In this document: one piece after another, positions 34,055 through 48,384 of the stretch
Layout: each line of letters opens with the position of its first letter
Position numbering within the stretch: position 1 is the first letter of the stretch
Assembly: GCA_964016885.1 (NCBI GenBank)
Contig: OZ024742.1
Span: 281,914,001 to 281,978,000, forward strand
DNA from: Eledone cirrhosa
Taxonomy: Eukaryota
DNA length: 64,000 bases
Direction: 5' to 3'
Program-made: the position numbers and the translations under genes
Notes under the pieces: model-generated
Seen by the model: the letters and a program-made list of their open reading frames with translations, nothing else
Told to the model about the DNA's origin: nothing
Databases searched by the model: none

Positions 34055-35997
34055 CTCCTTGAGTCTCAGTCATTGATGTTAGTTAACTGGAAAGTTTGTT
34101 GGAATGAATATCAAGCCACTACATGCAGCCTCAGATATTCAGGACGTATCGGAGGGTTCTTGCTGTTCCCAGCAAGCATGCCTTTTGAAGCGTTCCAAAA
34201 AGCGTGAAGGGACGATTTTCTTTAACCATCCCTGGAAACTTTTGGAGATAGTCCCTAGTGCGCCTATGACAATCGGGATCACTTTGACTTCATGGCAGTT
34301 CCAAATCCTTTTTACCTCCCACTTTAAGTCCTGGTATCGGTTAATTTTCTCCCTCTCCTTCTCTTGCACTCTCGTGTCGAATGGGCAGGCCACATCCACA
34401 ATCAGGCACGATCTTTTTTCTTTGTCCACAACCACCAGGTCAGGTCTATTGTGTTCCAGTTTCTCGTCCGTCTGTATCCTAAAATCCCACAGCACCTTCA
34501 CCTGATCGTTCTCTATCAACGCCTCTGGCTTATGCTCATACCATTTCTCAGAATGTGGTAAATTGTTTACTTTGCACAGGTGCCAGTGGATCACCCTGCC
34601 CATCACATCATGTCTCCAGCCCTTATAGTGGGTGTGGGCTAGGTGTTTACACTCGGATACAATGTGAGCCACAGTCTCCTCTCTCTCTCCACAGATCCTG
34701 CACAGTGGGCTAGCCTCCTCCTTGTAAATATGGTGTTTCAACCACTTCGTTTTGAGGGCCTGCTCCTGCGCAGCCATTAACATTCCTTCTGTAGCCTTTT
34801 TAAGGTCTCCTCTTTTCAACCAGTTCCATGTCTGTGGATCTCTAAATTCAGTTTTCTCAAAGAAGGTACTATGAAGGGATTTTTCCTGAAGGCTGCTCTT
34901 TCTCTTTGATGTTATTTCCTCCTTGACATCCCCTGGCCTATTGTTCCCTCCTTCAGTACAGTTCTGAGCATTGGCTCCTTACTATCAGTCACGTATGTGT
35001 GTAGGTTGTTTTTCTCCATCTGAACACAGTCCTCTATGCTGATAAGACCTCTTCCACCCTCAGATCTCCTTAAGTAGAGTCTATCGACATCATTCCTCTT
35101 GTGGAACATGTTGTAGATAGTCAATAGCTTCCTAGTCTTCCTATCCATTTCTTTTTGTTCAGCAACATTCCATCTCAGAATTCCCGCACTGTACCTAATA
35201 ATAGACACAGCTCGGGAATTTACTGTGCTTATGGCATTTCTGCTGTTCAGATGTGACTTCAATACGCTCCTAACTCTCCGAATGTATTCAGTTCTTAACA
35301 ATTCCTTCATTTTTTTTTGTTCGTGATGTCATCAGCCTCCAGAACGCCCAAATACTTGTATCCTTCCTCAGAGTCAATTTCCTTTATCATCTCACCTCTT
35401 GGTATCTGGATTTCGTTACTTCTGCTCAACCTACCCCTCCTCATCACAATGACTCCACATTTACTAATACCAAATTGCATACATATATCACTGCTGAAAA
35501 TACGGACAGCGTCATCAAGCACATCCAACTCCTTCTCACTCTTCCCGAAGAGCTTAAGATCGTCCATGAAGAGGAGGTAATTGATGGTAAGCCCTCCCTT
35601 TCCCAACCTGTATCCTGCTCTCACTTTTCGCAGTACACTGGTCAGGGGCATCAGGGCAAGGAAAAACAACAGAGGGGACAGGCTATCTCCCTGGAAGATA
35701 CCTCTCTTGATCTTCACGCTTCCCAAGGATTCTCCAGTTGATGTCAACTCTGTTTCCCAGGACCTCATACTTTTGCCCAACAACTGTCTGATGTTATCTG
35801 CCACCTTGAAGATCTCCAGGCTTTTGGTGATCCAAGAATGAGGCACCATGTCAAATGCCTTTCTGTAGTGTATCCATCCCATGGCAAGATCAATGTGTCT
35901 CCTCTTGCAATTCCCCATTACCATCTTATCAATAAGTAACTGGTCCTTTGTACCACATGACTTCTTTCGGCATCCTTTCTGTTCGTCCGGTAACAAG
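34055..35997 (-). mobile_element. R4/Dong-type non-LTR retrotransposon (RT + CCHC + RLE), 5'-truncated, frameshifted
   Basis: [66 protein letters not shown]. Flanked by (TAA)n on its sense strand. Confidence 0.93.
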
Positions 35998-36232
35998 TTG
36001 TTATTATTATTATTATTATTATTGGCGACCTACGTAGTAAATCGTATCATCGTGAGCTCCGCAAAGGTTTGTTATTTCCGTTTGTTAAAAATTGCAATTT
36101 ATGGAAAATTTTTATTGTTAACCATATATAAGCGCACATACATTGTTTTCCGAAAAGGACACCCAGAAAGATTGGGGCCTTGTGCCCAAAATTTAAACCT
36201 TTATTATTATCAAAAATTTCTTTGAAAAAAAA

Positions 36233-38240
36233 ATGGCTAATTCACCTCTGCACCAAGCAGCTGAAAGCCTTCCTCACAAATTAACACCTCACACCGACAC
36301 CACCATTGTAAATGTTACTACGTTTGCCAACACGACAAAAAATATAAGCAGTAGCAATATTTTAAATTTGTCTCAGGCAGACATTCATTTCCCGCCATTA
36401 CCAATGACTGCAGGTGTTAAAGCCTCCACCACCACCACCACCGCGACAACCACCACCCTCACCACCACCGCGACAACAGAAACAAAAGAAGAAAAAAATA
36501 ATTTAACTCGTGATGTCGAAATGAAATCAAGCAAAATGGACTCTTCCCCACCAAAGACGACTGACGTGACCACAACCACAACTGAAACTAAAATTAATAT
36601 TAACACAAATAACGATAGCAACAACAACAACAATGACATTATAAAAACCACCCTCAGTTTCGCCAGAGTAGCAAAACAGTTCGAAGCATTTACGGTAACT
36701 CAGGAGGATTTAGAAAATGCCAAACAAATGGTAAAGAAAGATGGGTACAGGGCCAGCCTCACCCCCCACCCACCCCACACCTAATAAAATGGAGCATCGG
36801 CGCCTATGCACCGAGTCGTATCGAACAATAAATGTAAAATCGCGCCGAGTGGAACGGGAATCCGAGTCCCAAATCCAAAAAGCTTTGGGACATGTGTGGG
36901 CAAGAAAAACCCACATCAGACGTGGGCAAAAGTATGGAACCGTGGACGTGTTCTTTGAAACACCAGAGGAGGCTAGAGAACACTCCATGGCCCCATTAAG
37001 AAGTGACGACTTCACACTCGTCCCAAGCTATTGTGGCCAGAGACTCGTAAAGATCAGGGTGACCCACGTTCCACCGGCCATCAAAATTCCCTGGCTAATA
37101 GCGGCCGTCCTCGCCGGCATCGAAGTCAACACAAAAATAATAGCAATAGCAAAAGAAAAGCAGGAGAACTGGTCCAGATATGGGATGGAGCTCCTGATCC
37201 AAGCGGACCAAAAAAGCATTGAGGAGATCCCAGAGGTAATAGACCTCACTGACGGCAGCCACCTCACGGTAATTGTCGAGGGCAGAAGACCTAGGTGTGT
37301 CGTTTGTGGCGAAGGAACCCACCTAAGGGCTTTCTGCCCTCAGGCTAAAAGGTTGAGGCCACCTCTCCTACCCACCCCAGTGACACAACCATCAACACCA
37401 CCAGTAGAAGAGATGGCAGCAACAACTGTAGCAGCAACAACAGAAGCAACTATAACAGCAACAACCCCAGCAACAGTAGCAAAACCAACACCACCACCAC
37501 CACCACCAGCAAAACCAACACCACCACCACCCAACGCTTCAGAACTAGCACCAGCGCCTACACCATCCACCACGCCACAACCAAAACTAACGCCTGTGGA
37601 GGATTTTCCACTCCCCGGCCTATCACAACTGGAGACAGATTGTGACGACGAGGAGTGGGAAACGATATCCGGAAAAAAAAAAAGAAACCAAAAAAGAAAA
37701 AATTCTCTTCCTTCCCCCTCCAAAAACAAAATACAGAGGTAAACAAATAAACTAAGAAACAAAAAAGTTAGGACAGATATGCCACCATCCACACCAGCAT
37801 CACCAACCCCATCACCCCAAACACCAACACCATCACCATCATTAACCCCAACACCACCATCACCTACACCACAAAAGTCACCAAAATGCGAAACAGAAAC
37901 AAACCCACAACAAACGCAAACAAAACAAAACAACCAAAACGATACACACTACACAGCATTAAATTTGAACAACAGGCAATTATTACACTACATCCAACAC
38001 AACACCAGCATCACAGAAAAAGACTACACAACAACCCCAAAATTCACACCACCTCCACACATACAAATCACTCGCATCACACAGAAAACGTACATGACAC
38101 TAAAACAAAAATTCCCCAAAGACATCGGAGAATTCCGACAAGCACTCTCCAGGAGGATTTATAAGGACATCCTTCCTGAGAAGGCCACAAGCAGTGAAAA
38201 GGATGGAAAAACCGTCCTTCCCCTACGAGAAGTAAGGTAA
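36233..38240 (+). pseudogene. Family A ORF1, frameshifted in C-run/A-run
   Basis: ORFs 36233-36784, 36741-37742 and 37779-38240 tile the copy 1 ORF1. Confidence 0.88.
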
Positions 38241-38274
38241 GTGGTCTTTCCCATCTTTTCCACTCCTTTTCAAC

Positions 38275-41200
38275 GTGACATCACTCAGAATAGGCAGCAT
38301 AAATGCGCGTGGCTTGGGGTCGTCATGGAAGCAGGGCCACCTGCTCAACGACCTCAGGTCACTAAACATAGATGTAGTGGCCATCAGCGAGACCAGAATC
38401 TCCGAAGCACAGTCTTTCGCACCGATCTTCGGCGGCTACGATGTGTACGCATCTCCCAGCCATCCGGGATCGGGGGGGAGGAGTTGCTGTGCTTTTTCGG
38501 AGAGGTTTGGATCTTGCCATACGGGCCATCTTCCTGGACCCAGAAGGTAAGTCGGTGGTGCTGGACGTGACCAGCGGAGACGGGCAAGCTTTCAGGTTAG
38601 TGGCCGTCTATGCCCCGACAGGAGCAGGGCGGCCTGATTTCTTCCGGCGTCTGGAGACCTTTCTTGGAACGTCCCGCTCTTTAGTGTTAGTGGGCGACTG
38701 GAACGGGATCTTAGATGCACGCTGGGATTGTGTGGGATTAGTGGATAGGGAAGGAGGGTGCAAGAGTCTCACCAACCTGCTCAGACGTTTTGAACTGTCT
38801 GACAGGTACCGAATGGATTTCCCGAATGTACCAATGTGGACTTGGACAAATCGCATAGGATCATCCAGATCATATCTAGATAGAGTATTTTGTAGGGAAA
38901 TAGATAGGTCTAGCATAGGCTGCCCACAATTCAAGATAGTCAGCTACACGGACCACAAATTCGTGATCTGTGTGCTTGACTTAGATAGGCTTCATAGACG
39001 AGGATCCGGCTACTGGAAGCTAAACGCGTCTTACCAGCGCGCAAGGCCTACAGAGACCGGATTAGAGAACTAGTTAAGCGGGCGTTGACGGGGGCCATCG
39101 TCAACAACAAGTGGTGGTTTGCTCTGAAAAGAGCAATTAGAATAGAGTCCATTAGGTTTAGTATGACTTTAGCAATAGAGAAAAATAGAGCAGAGGGAGA
39201 ATTAGTTAGAAAATTAGATGAGGCGCTTAGCAAAGGCATCGCGACCGACGTACTTGCGGCGAAATTGGCCCTTGACCAATTCTTCAATGCAAAGCACGAA
39301 GGCTGCGTTGTCAGAGCTAGGGTGCGTGCTCTCAGACACGAGGGGACGAAAGCCGTTCAATGGGCCCGAGTGGCGGAGGCGCGTCGTGGCAACAAAGGCA
39401 CGATCCGGTCTTTGGTGGACCACGACGGGCGCATGCTACTCGATCCCGGGCAAATGTGTGAAGCTTTTCAGCGACATTTCGCTCAACTGTTCGGGGGCAG
39501 TGGCGGGCCGGGTCGAGGGATGGACTTTAGTGTCTACCTCGACGGACTGCTGCGGCTTTCGGCCACTGAGACTGAGTGTTGCGAAAAGCCGATAACAACC
39601 GCTGAAGTACGGGATGCAATGACTAGTTGCAGAAGGGGTAAATCGCCTGTTTTGGATGGTCTGCCCTATGAACTTTACGTACAAATGCCAGACTTGTTCG
39701 GAGGCCTCTTGGCGGACGTCTACTGCAACTGGCAACAGAACGGGAGAATTCCCAGCTCTGTGAGCCGAGGAGCGGTGGCGCTGCTGAGAGAGGATCCGAA
39801 CAAGGGGAATAACATAGATAATTTTAGGCCCATAACTCTGCTAAACACAGAGTTCAAGATTTTGGCCAAGGTGCTAGCAAAGAGGTTGGCGCTTGTCGTT
39901 GGTGGTCTGGTGGGAGAGGCACAGACATGCGCCATTCCGGACAGATCCATCCACGACAACCTCCACCTCATGCGATACATCGTAGAGAGGGTAGCTAGGG
40001 AACCTGGCACGGGTGGGTCTTTGATCAATTTAGATCAGTCGAAAGCCTTCGACAGGGTCGACCATCGTTACTTAGCGGCAGTCCTGAGGGCGGCTGGCTT
40101 TGGGCCCGTCTTCAGAGGCTGGATCGCTGCCATGCACAGCGACATCTGCTCTGTAGTGAGAGTGAACGGTCACCTTTCGGAACCGTTCAACATCATGCGC
40201 TCGGTCCGCCAAGGATGTTCTCTCTCGTCCCTATTGTACGTATTGACTCTCGAGCCATTACTGCACAAACTGGAGACGTTGAGGGGGGTCCTGCGTGAAC
40301 TAGGATGCGGAAGATCCGTGTCAGCATATGCCGACGATGTCACCGTAGTGGTGTCGAACGCCAAACACAGCGAGGCGATCGGCACTACACTAAGAGAATA
40401 CGAAGCGGTGACAGGAGCAATGATCAACCAGGAAAAGTCAGTGGGCCTGCAGCTCGGCACCTGGAGAGGCAGGTCCATGCCGTCCAACAGCGTCGTCGGG
40501 CGCTGGACGGACGGACCGGTTAAATTGCTAGGGGTCTGGTTCGGTCCAGACCTCCAGACGGACAAAAACTGGGTCGAGGTGACGAGCAGGGTGGCTTCTC
40601 TCACCCAGAAATGGGCCGAGAGGAAGCTATCCCTGAAAGGTCGAGCGGAGGTGGCTAACGCGTACATCGTGTCCGTCATCTACTACCGCCTGACCGTCGT
40701 ACCTTGTCCTAAGCCCCGCCTGACTGCGCTGGAGCGTTTGTTCTTTCGCTTCTTGTGGAAAGGAAGCGCTCCGATGGTCAGGCGGTCCATCTGCTGTCAA
40801 CACCCGCTACGTGGAGGGCTGGGCATGCAGTGGCTGATGATGCGCAGACACGCGCTCAGGCTACGACATCTCCACCTCTTCCTTGACGGTGATCAGGTGT
40901 GGTCGCCGTTTGCTAGACATGTTTTTCCCCAGCTCGTCTCCTTGACGGAGCTGCAGTCCTGGGTCAAGCGAAGACCGAGAGGGAGCGCTTGGAGACTGGA
41001 ATGTCTTCAGGCGCCCACAGCCCTCGACCAATCGGGCAATGTGATCGGTGGAAACTCCACCTTGGCGTTCTATAGGGGATTAGTGGAGGGGAAGAGCGAC
41101 GACGTACTTGGAGAAACTCTAGGCGTCGACGAAAATCAACTAGCCAATCTCTTCGGAAGGACTTTCGGGCCGGGGCCTATGGACAACTTCCAGAAATCCC

Positions 41201-41694
41201 TGGCCTGGCAGTGCTACCGGGGTGCTTTGCCAGTTCGGGATAAACTTTACAGGCATGGAGATGCCGTCAGCCGGGCATGTCCGAGATGCGCACAGGGCGA
41301 CGAAACCGTCCTGCACGCACTCGTCCAGTGTCCGAGCATTGCTGACTTGTGGGTTTATGTCGAACACCTGCTGTCACGTGTAGGACGGATCCAGCTATCA
41401 GCTGAGTCCATCGTGAGGATTGCCCCGCCCCCTTCCTTTAGCCTGGAAGGGCAGGCAGTTTTTATCTGTCTGGTGGCCATGGCGAAAGAGATAGTATGGT
41501 GGACACGTTTGAAAGGGCTGAAGACGAGCACTTACCTCTTCGGTGATGCCCTGATTAACTTTTTCAAATTTCATTTGAAAAGGAAAATCAGGGTAGAGAG
41601 GGAAGTGCTCTCTTCCCAGCATTTTGTTGAAAGATGGGTGAGAGAAGCAAGTATGGCCCGAATGAATGGGCCTTCTCTGAGTATGTGTCTGTAA
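38275..41694 (+). pseudogene. Family A ORF2 APE-RT-CCHC, nearly intact (GTG start, frameshifts near 38475 and 39040)
   Basis: 869-aa open segment with all RT motifs (AYADDV). APE motifs include YTDHK and GYWKLN. Confidence 0.93.
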
Positions 41695-41939
41695 ATTAAA
41701 GGTGGAAAACTGGGAGAGGGCACTTGCCCTGGTGGTCAGGGCCACTGTGGTCTTTTAATGGGCTTTCTCCACAAATGTCCCTTGGAAGTCTCCCCCCTAT
41801 TGGGGAATTTTTCTTTGTTATTTTATTTCAACCTCTGTTTTTTTACACGCAGAAATGCCCATTTGTACCGTCCTGTATTGTCCTGTACTGTCCTTAATGT
41901 CTACTTTATGTGAACCCTTGTGGTTAATAAAGAAAACAA

Positions 41940-41970
<31 letters not shown>

Positions 41971-42632
41971 TATAATTTTGATACAAGGCCAACTAGCTTC
42001 ATCCCAGTGGCGTGAATAGGGATATCGACAACTAGAAATAGCAGCCGAGTCCTTTCAACTGAGTTAGCTCTACAATTAAGACGCCGTGTATATATCCAAA
42101 ATTAAATTAAGGGTGTCATGGTACGATGTGTGTATTTTAAAAAAATACGACAGGTGCTGCTAGTCATACGCAGATTTGAATTTGCTGTGTAAACAGAGAT
42201 AGTTAGATCTTCTCCCTTGTTGAAAATGCGGGCGGAAGAACTCATAAGAGTCAACGGCCATCCAAAAATGTGTAAATATGTATATACACATGTACCGCGC
42301 GGTTAAACCACTGGGGTTGAACGACCCCTATCCATTGTCAGGCCATTCTTCTAGGAGAAGGCAACTCAGGAAACTGGGATAACTCCGATATAAAACCTGC
42401 GGCTCAGTAGTTACCGATGATGTTGATCTTTTCTTCTTTTCGGGTTATAGCTACTGTCGCTCAGAGAGTGGGATTGGCTCAGTGCACAGTCTTTCCTCAC
42501 ATTAAAAAATATCTTCACGCACAGGCATTGCACGATAGAATTAATTAATAATTATTAATAATGGTTTATCGTGCAATGGCCATATTCGATAACGAGGGGG
42601 CAGCCATCGTGTATGTATATATGTATGTATGA

Positions 42633-42665
<33 letters not shown>

Positions 42666-42855
42666 TGTATGTATGTATGTATGTATGTATGTATGTATGT
42701 GTGTATGTATATATGTATATATGTATATATGTATATATGTATATATTTACGAATATATGTATGGGAGCGAGGAAAAGTAATTCAACGTAGAGCTTAGCTG
42801 TAACGTAAATATTTCAGAGTCACTATCTCTAAACTAACAACACATCGAGTAATGG

Positions 42856-42900
42856 AAGACGTTTCGGTTTACAGTTTGTCGTAAACCTTTCATCAACATC
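42856..42900 (-). ncRNA. Degenerate hammerhead-like motif
   Basis: TTGATGA-AA-GGTTTAC..GTAAACC-GAAA-CG-TC. Stem I is unclear. Confidence 0.35.
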
Positions 42901-43042
42901 TAATCTAGATTTTACGACTTCCACACTCACTGTAATGGATGTAGATAAGCGGTGGGGGAGGAGGGGGGTGATCTAAAAGTAAAGAACTAGTTTTATGTGT
43001 ATAAGTCAATTGTTCTGTGTATATATGTTTACATTTGTATGC

Positions 43043-43153
<111 letters not shown>

Positions 43154-43250
43154 TATATATACATATACGTATACATATATATATATGCATATACATACAC
43201 ACGCACAAATTTATATATATATATTTACATGTGTGAGTGTGTGTGTGTGA

Positions 43251-43322
<72 letters not shown>

Positions 43323-44019
43323 TTGTGTGTATTTATAAATTGTATATACCCACTTACGGATGTATATATGTACATGCGCGTGATTTAAATGAAGAATTAA
43401 GAGATATGTAGTACCTAATACAAATATGCAGATACTAAAGTAAATGTATACATAGCAATTAGAGCTACACATTACTTCAACTTTCATATAAGCGTCTCAA
43501 CATTTTCCTGAGTAAATTTTGAAAGAGTCAATTATCTCTGTTTACGTTAAGGACATAATTCTTTGTTGGTATAAATTTGTTGTTCTCACTTGACAGTGAA
43601 ACAAAACACCAACAGTTGAAATTTAAATGCAATTTTTTATGAAATTCTCAGCAATTGTCTATGCTTTTTTGTGGTTGTTCTGTCATCTTCTACAAGTGCA
43701 CTTTGTAGTAACTGTATAAGTGCACAGTTGATTTATGTGTCTTCTCCGTGTTTGCCTTTTCCTAATACCTTCCTAGTTGAAAAGAGAAGCAACCATTGAT
43801 GGCATAAAAAATGTTAAAACGACCATGTTGAGCGCATGTCTAATTTATTGAATTTTGATAGGCAGATTCATCCGTATACAATTAGTGAAGTAGATAGATA
43901 GACCTGCTGATGATTATATTCCAGTCCCTTGCTTATGCAATAGCTACAGATGTGTAATTATACACCTAAGCACATGCGCAGTCAATGTTATGAGAAACCG
44001 TTAGCCCAAGTAATCATGG

Positions 44020-44205
44020 CAGACCTGCCAACCTCTAAAACCCCAAACATGGAGTACCATAAAAAGTGCCCCAAAACGGCGAGAAATAAGGCAAAATTTT
44101 ACATAATGAAAGCTATACCCCACATTTTCGGAAGAAAAGATATCTCTCGCCCACCCCAAATTGGATGGGAGATCTCCCCGTTGGACGAGGAGAGTTGACA
44201 GGGTG
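44020..44205. mobile_element. MITE-like repeat, copy 2
   Basis: CAGACCTGCCAAC...GTTGACAGGGTG imperfect TIR. Homologous to 778-968. Confidence 0.55.
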
Positions 44206-44478
44206 TTATGGTTATACTTGGATATTTGGTGCTTAGACATAAACACGCATACATATATACTCAAATACAGAGTGACACAAGCAGTTACAGAAACATATAC
44301 GTACACACACAGATATGCACACATACACATATACACACATACGATTAAACTCACAGACAACAACAAAATCGCACCTACGGATCCATACGCTTTCGTATGT
44401 CTACATAAGCACACGTATATCTACAGATACAACACACGTATATCTACTTATACACACGTATGCTTTTATATATACTCG

Positions 44479-44594
<116 letters not shown>

Positions 44595-45120
44595 AATACA
44601 CACACACAATCATACGCATACACACACATATGCATACATTACCGCACAGAGGCATAAACAAATACATACATACAGATATATTGACGTACGCATATACATA
44701 GCCACTAATATGCACATACAGGCACGCAATGCTTGGCATAGAAATACACAGGCATATACGCATGCATACATCCACGCAGACAAGAAGGTCAAATACGACA
44801 AAGAAATTCCGGTTTAATTAAACCCGTGGCCATATGGCTTTAGAATTACATGACTTTGTGACTGTGTGACTTTACTCTTTGTCTGCTATGTAGCAGGGTG
44901 GGCTTCGAATTTAGATAGAGGCCATGGTTATTATAGGAGTGCAGGTGTGTTGTGGGAAGCTATTCAGGATATAGGTGGAGTCAACGCGTGGGAAAATATA
45001 TATGTAATATATATTATATATGTGTCTGTGTGTGTGTGTATGTGTATCTGTGTGTCTGTGTGTCTGTCTGTCTGTCTGTCTGTGTCTGTGTGTCTGTGTC
45101 TGTGTGTGTGTGTGTGTGCG

Positions 45121-45199
<79 letters not shown>

Positions 45200-45457
45200 G
45201 TGTGTGTATATATATCCTTGACGACACTTTTGTCAGACACGCATCAATGGATTTAGGAGAGAGAGCCAGACAGATAAATAGATAGATAGGTAGATAGATA
45301 GAAAGACAAACATAGAGAGACATCGTTTAGATATAAAATACACACCAGCCTACTGAAAAAAGCTTGACATGGAAACGTCGAAGGATGCACAGTAGATAAT
45401 GTTTGTTGTAGTTGTATAAATATGTCAGTTCTAATAGTCGTATATAGTTATGTGTAA

Positions 45458-45750
45458 AGGCGCGCGGCTTTGTGGTTAGGGTATCAGCTCTCAATCGTAA
45501 GATTGTGAGTTAGATTCCCGGCGGCGCGTTGTGTCCTTGAGCAAGAAACTTTATTTCACGTTGTTTCAGCCCACTCAATTCAAAGGGCCAGCCTAGTCAC
45601 ATTCTGTGTCACGCTTAATCTCCCTGAGAACTACGTTAAAGATATGTGTGTTTGTGGAATTTTCAGTCATTTTCTCATTAAGTTCACGAGGAGGCTGTTC
45701 CATTGATTCCTACTAGAACATTGTTCGTCGTAACCGACGGAGTACCAGTG
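45458..45750 (+). mobile_element. tRNA/CORE-like SINE, near full length
   Basis: GGCGCGCGGCTTTGTGGTTAG..GAGTTAGATTCC..GTGTCCTTGAGCAAGAAACTT..GTAACCGACGGAG. Confidence 0.75.
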
Positions 45751-45924
45751 GATATAGTTATGTTAGTATTAGTATGATGATTAATAGAGAGAATTAAAAA
45801 GATGCCGAATGAATTTTGAAAATAATCAAGAATTTGGAAGCATTTAGTGATATAACAAACTTTTTCATTATTGAGTTGGTGTTTTCGCTCCGACATAGTT
45901 GTATACATATAAGTAGGTGTTATT

Positions 45925-46110
45925 TATTGGCAGTATCGGTAGAGAGTCGGACACCATGCTTTGAAGCATAGAGTTACGTCCCTTTATGATCTGAGTTCAA
46001 ATCCCGCCGAGGTTAACTTTGCCTTTCATCCTTACGGGGTCGATAAAAAAAAGTACCAGTAATGCACTGGGTAATTGCTGGCCTTGTGCCAAAAAGTAGA
46101 AACAGTTATT
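45925..46110 (+). mobile_element. SINE family 1, near full length
   Basis: A-box-like TGGCAGTATCGGT, B box GAGTTCAAATCC, family core, tail GGCCTTGTGCCAAAAAGTAGAAAC. Confidence 0.85.
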
Positions 46111-46193
46111 TATATATCTTCGTAAATGTACTGTATATCATTAGATATACAAAACAAAATACACATACTTATAAATATATACCTTGTTATCCT

Positions 46194-46240
<47 letters not shown>

Positions 46241-46493
46241 GAGACACGCACGCATATATATATATATATATATATATATAGGATAACAAGGTATCGTTTA
46301 AGGTAATCCAGCTAGAGGTTATGGGTGTCTCGAGGATAGTTTGAACGTACGGCGTTGTTTGACTCAACAAGAAGTTTCCTTGTCGGGTGGCCGGTTTAAG
46401 GAAGCTCCTAGGCAGGCGGTTCTTGGAGTAATAATAGTAAAAGAATGAAGAATAACATAGTCGGCTGTAGAATAGGGTTTATTTACAGTATTA

Positions 46494-46542
<49 letters not shown>

Positions 46543-46828
46543 GTGTGTGTGTGTGTTTATCTGTGTGTTGGTGTGTGTGTGTTGGTGTGTCTGTTAATAT
46601 TTCAGAATTGTTTAATATATTCATCATTATCAAGTATCGTCTGCTTCCAGCAGATTTAATAATATAGATCACTACAATGCTAACCATGCTAAGTACGAGT
46701 TTTGTATATTGCTGGGTTCCATTCCCGGTAAACTGCGGTAAGATATGAACTCAAAGTACAAAGAATATGAACAGTGACTGTAAGACATATTTCTGCTCTG
46801 GCTTTCACCACCATAGAATAATACAATA

Positions 46829-47027
46829 CGAGAGTAGGCTGAAAAGTTCATAGGCTGACCAAGATGCTCTCATGGAATGACCAAATGAGGTTTATTTTTC
46901 AACATAGTCCCTAGAAAGTATCAATGCAGTTATTAATAGGAAAAACTCGAAATGAATGCATGCAAGATTTCACAGCCCTAGCATTACTACTTCATACTCA
47001 GCCTATGATCTTTTCAGCAAAACTTCG
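46829..47027. mobile_element. mariner-type MITE
   Basis: TA|CGAGAGTAGGCTGAAAAGTTCATAGGCTGA ... TCAGCCTATGATCTTTTCAGC..TTCG|TA. Confidence 0.8.
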
Positions 47028-48260
47028 TATTTAGCGACCTCAAAGGATGACAGGACATTGGCTTAAAGATATAGACTAAATACTACAAAGTATTTCTTCC
47101 GAAGCTCTAATGATTCCAATTCGCCGCCTTATATATTTTTTATATAGACAGAAGTTTTATATAAAAACTAGCATTTAAAGAAAATTCCCAACTTGCGTTG
47201 AAAGACAGTAAACACTGACCTGATTGTGGCTAGGTCAATCCTTCTAAATACTTCAAATATCAATTCATTATGTTTAGAAATATAACATTCTGTAACGTTT
47301 ATTGATTTGAAACTCTAAGGAAAAATAACAAAACTATTTTATTTTATTTTATATTTTTGGATATTTATTTTATATTTATATTTGATGTATTTCTTTTGTT
47401 TATTTATTTATTTATTTATTTGTTCAGTTGAAAGCCCAGGAAGTCACCTAACTCCCACGTATCATAAATACCGTGCTCACACAATTGACAACGACGAAAT
47501 GAATATAGCATCTAGACGTGGGAAAAGAGAGAAAGCAATGGCATTCTTAAACAAGTAATTTCTAAGTCTTTCATCAAATGACAATTTTAATCAATTTCCC
47601 CAGGGATGGATCAACCCCAGTACCGTATTCCAGGTCCACAGACTACCGTTTTCCTTCTCCAGATCCAGAAGATGGTACCATGCTTTAGGAAGGAGCCCCG
47701 TGATCTGGGATGTCTGATGTAGCGAATATCGTTGGCTGTTCATAGCGACAACGGTTTCACCATTTTCTCCTGGAGGCGCCACTATGTAGTTCACCCCAAA
47801 CCGTCATTTTGTCTTACTTTTCATTGTGGCCTATTTTGTTTATTAAATCACTGATTTATTTTCTTATTAAAGATAGATTCCGAGACTATAGGGACAAAAC
47901 CATTCAATTTCTAAGTGTCCAGGATAGGAACATACAGCACCAGTCCATAGGCTAAATTTCCGGCACTTCTAAAACTAATTGGAAGAAAGGAGAAAGATTA
48001 TCTCCAATCTAATGACCTGAGCCACTGAAAGCAAATGTGGCTGTTAAATCGGGTGAGGTATTAAGTCCACCACACCGTTTATTGATTAGGCCTCTTCTAA
48101 CAAACCCACATTACGTATTTTTTCAATGATTTGTTTGTTTTCTGACATGACATTCGATTGTCTCCACTGGGAAACAATAGAGACGCTAAACAACGGAAAA
48201 TGTTCACAATATAATGTATCGATTATTGGATCATTCTGTGTAATGCACGCGCACACACAC

Positions 48261-48332
<72 letters not shown>

Positions 48333-48339
48333 ACACACA

Positions 48340-48384
<45 letters not shown>

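Larger units (their letters stand above)
36024..41937 (+). mobile_element. Tx1-type family A, copy 2, full length (~5.9 kb)
   Basis: Complete 5' UTR-ORF1-ORF2-3' UTR between (ATT)n tracts, with few lesions. Confidence 0.95.

Noticed and set aside
42190-42610. RTE-related 5' UTR or SINE-like segment (CTAGGAGAAGGCAACTC), possible HDV-like ribozyme
   Set aside because: No nested double pseudoknot could be assembled, and it is a single copy in the window.
43905-44005. CTGATGA...GAAAC hammerhead candidate
   Set aside because: Stems I and II do not pair convincingly.
47591-47794. Possible Tc1/mariner transposase relic or exon (ENGETVVAMNSQRY)
   Set aside because: Only a short motif resemblance, with no TIRs or further domains.
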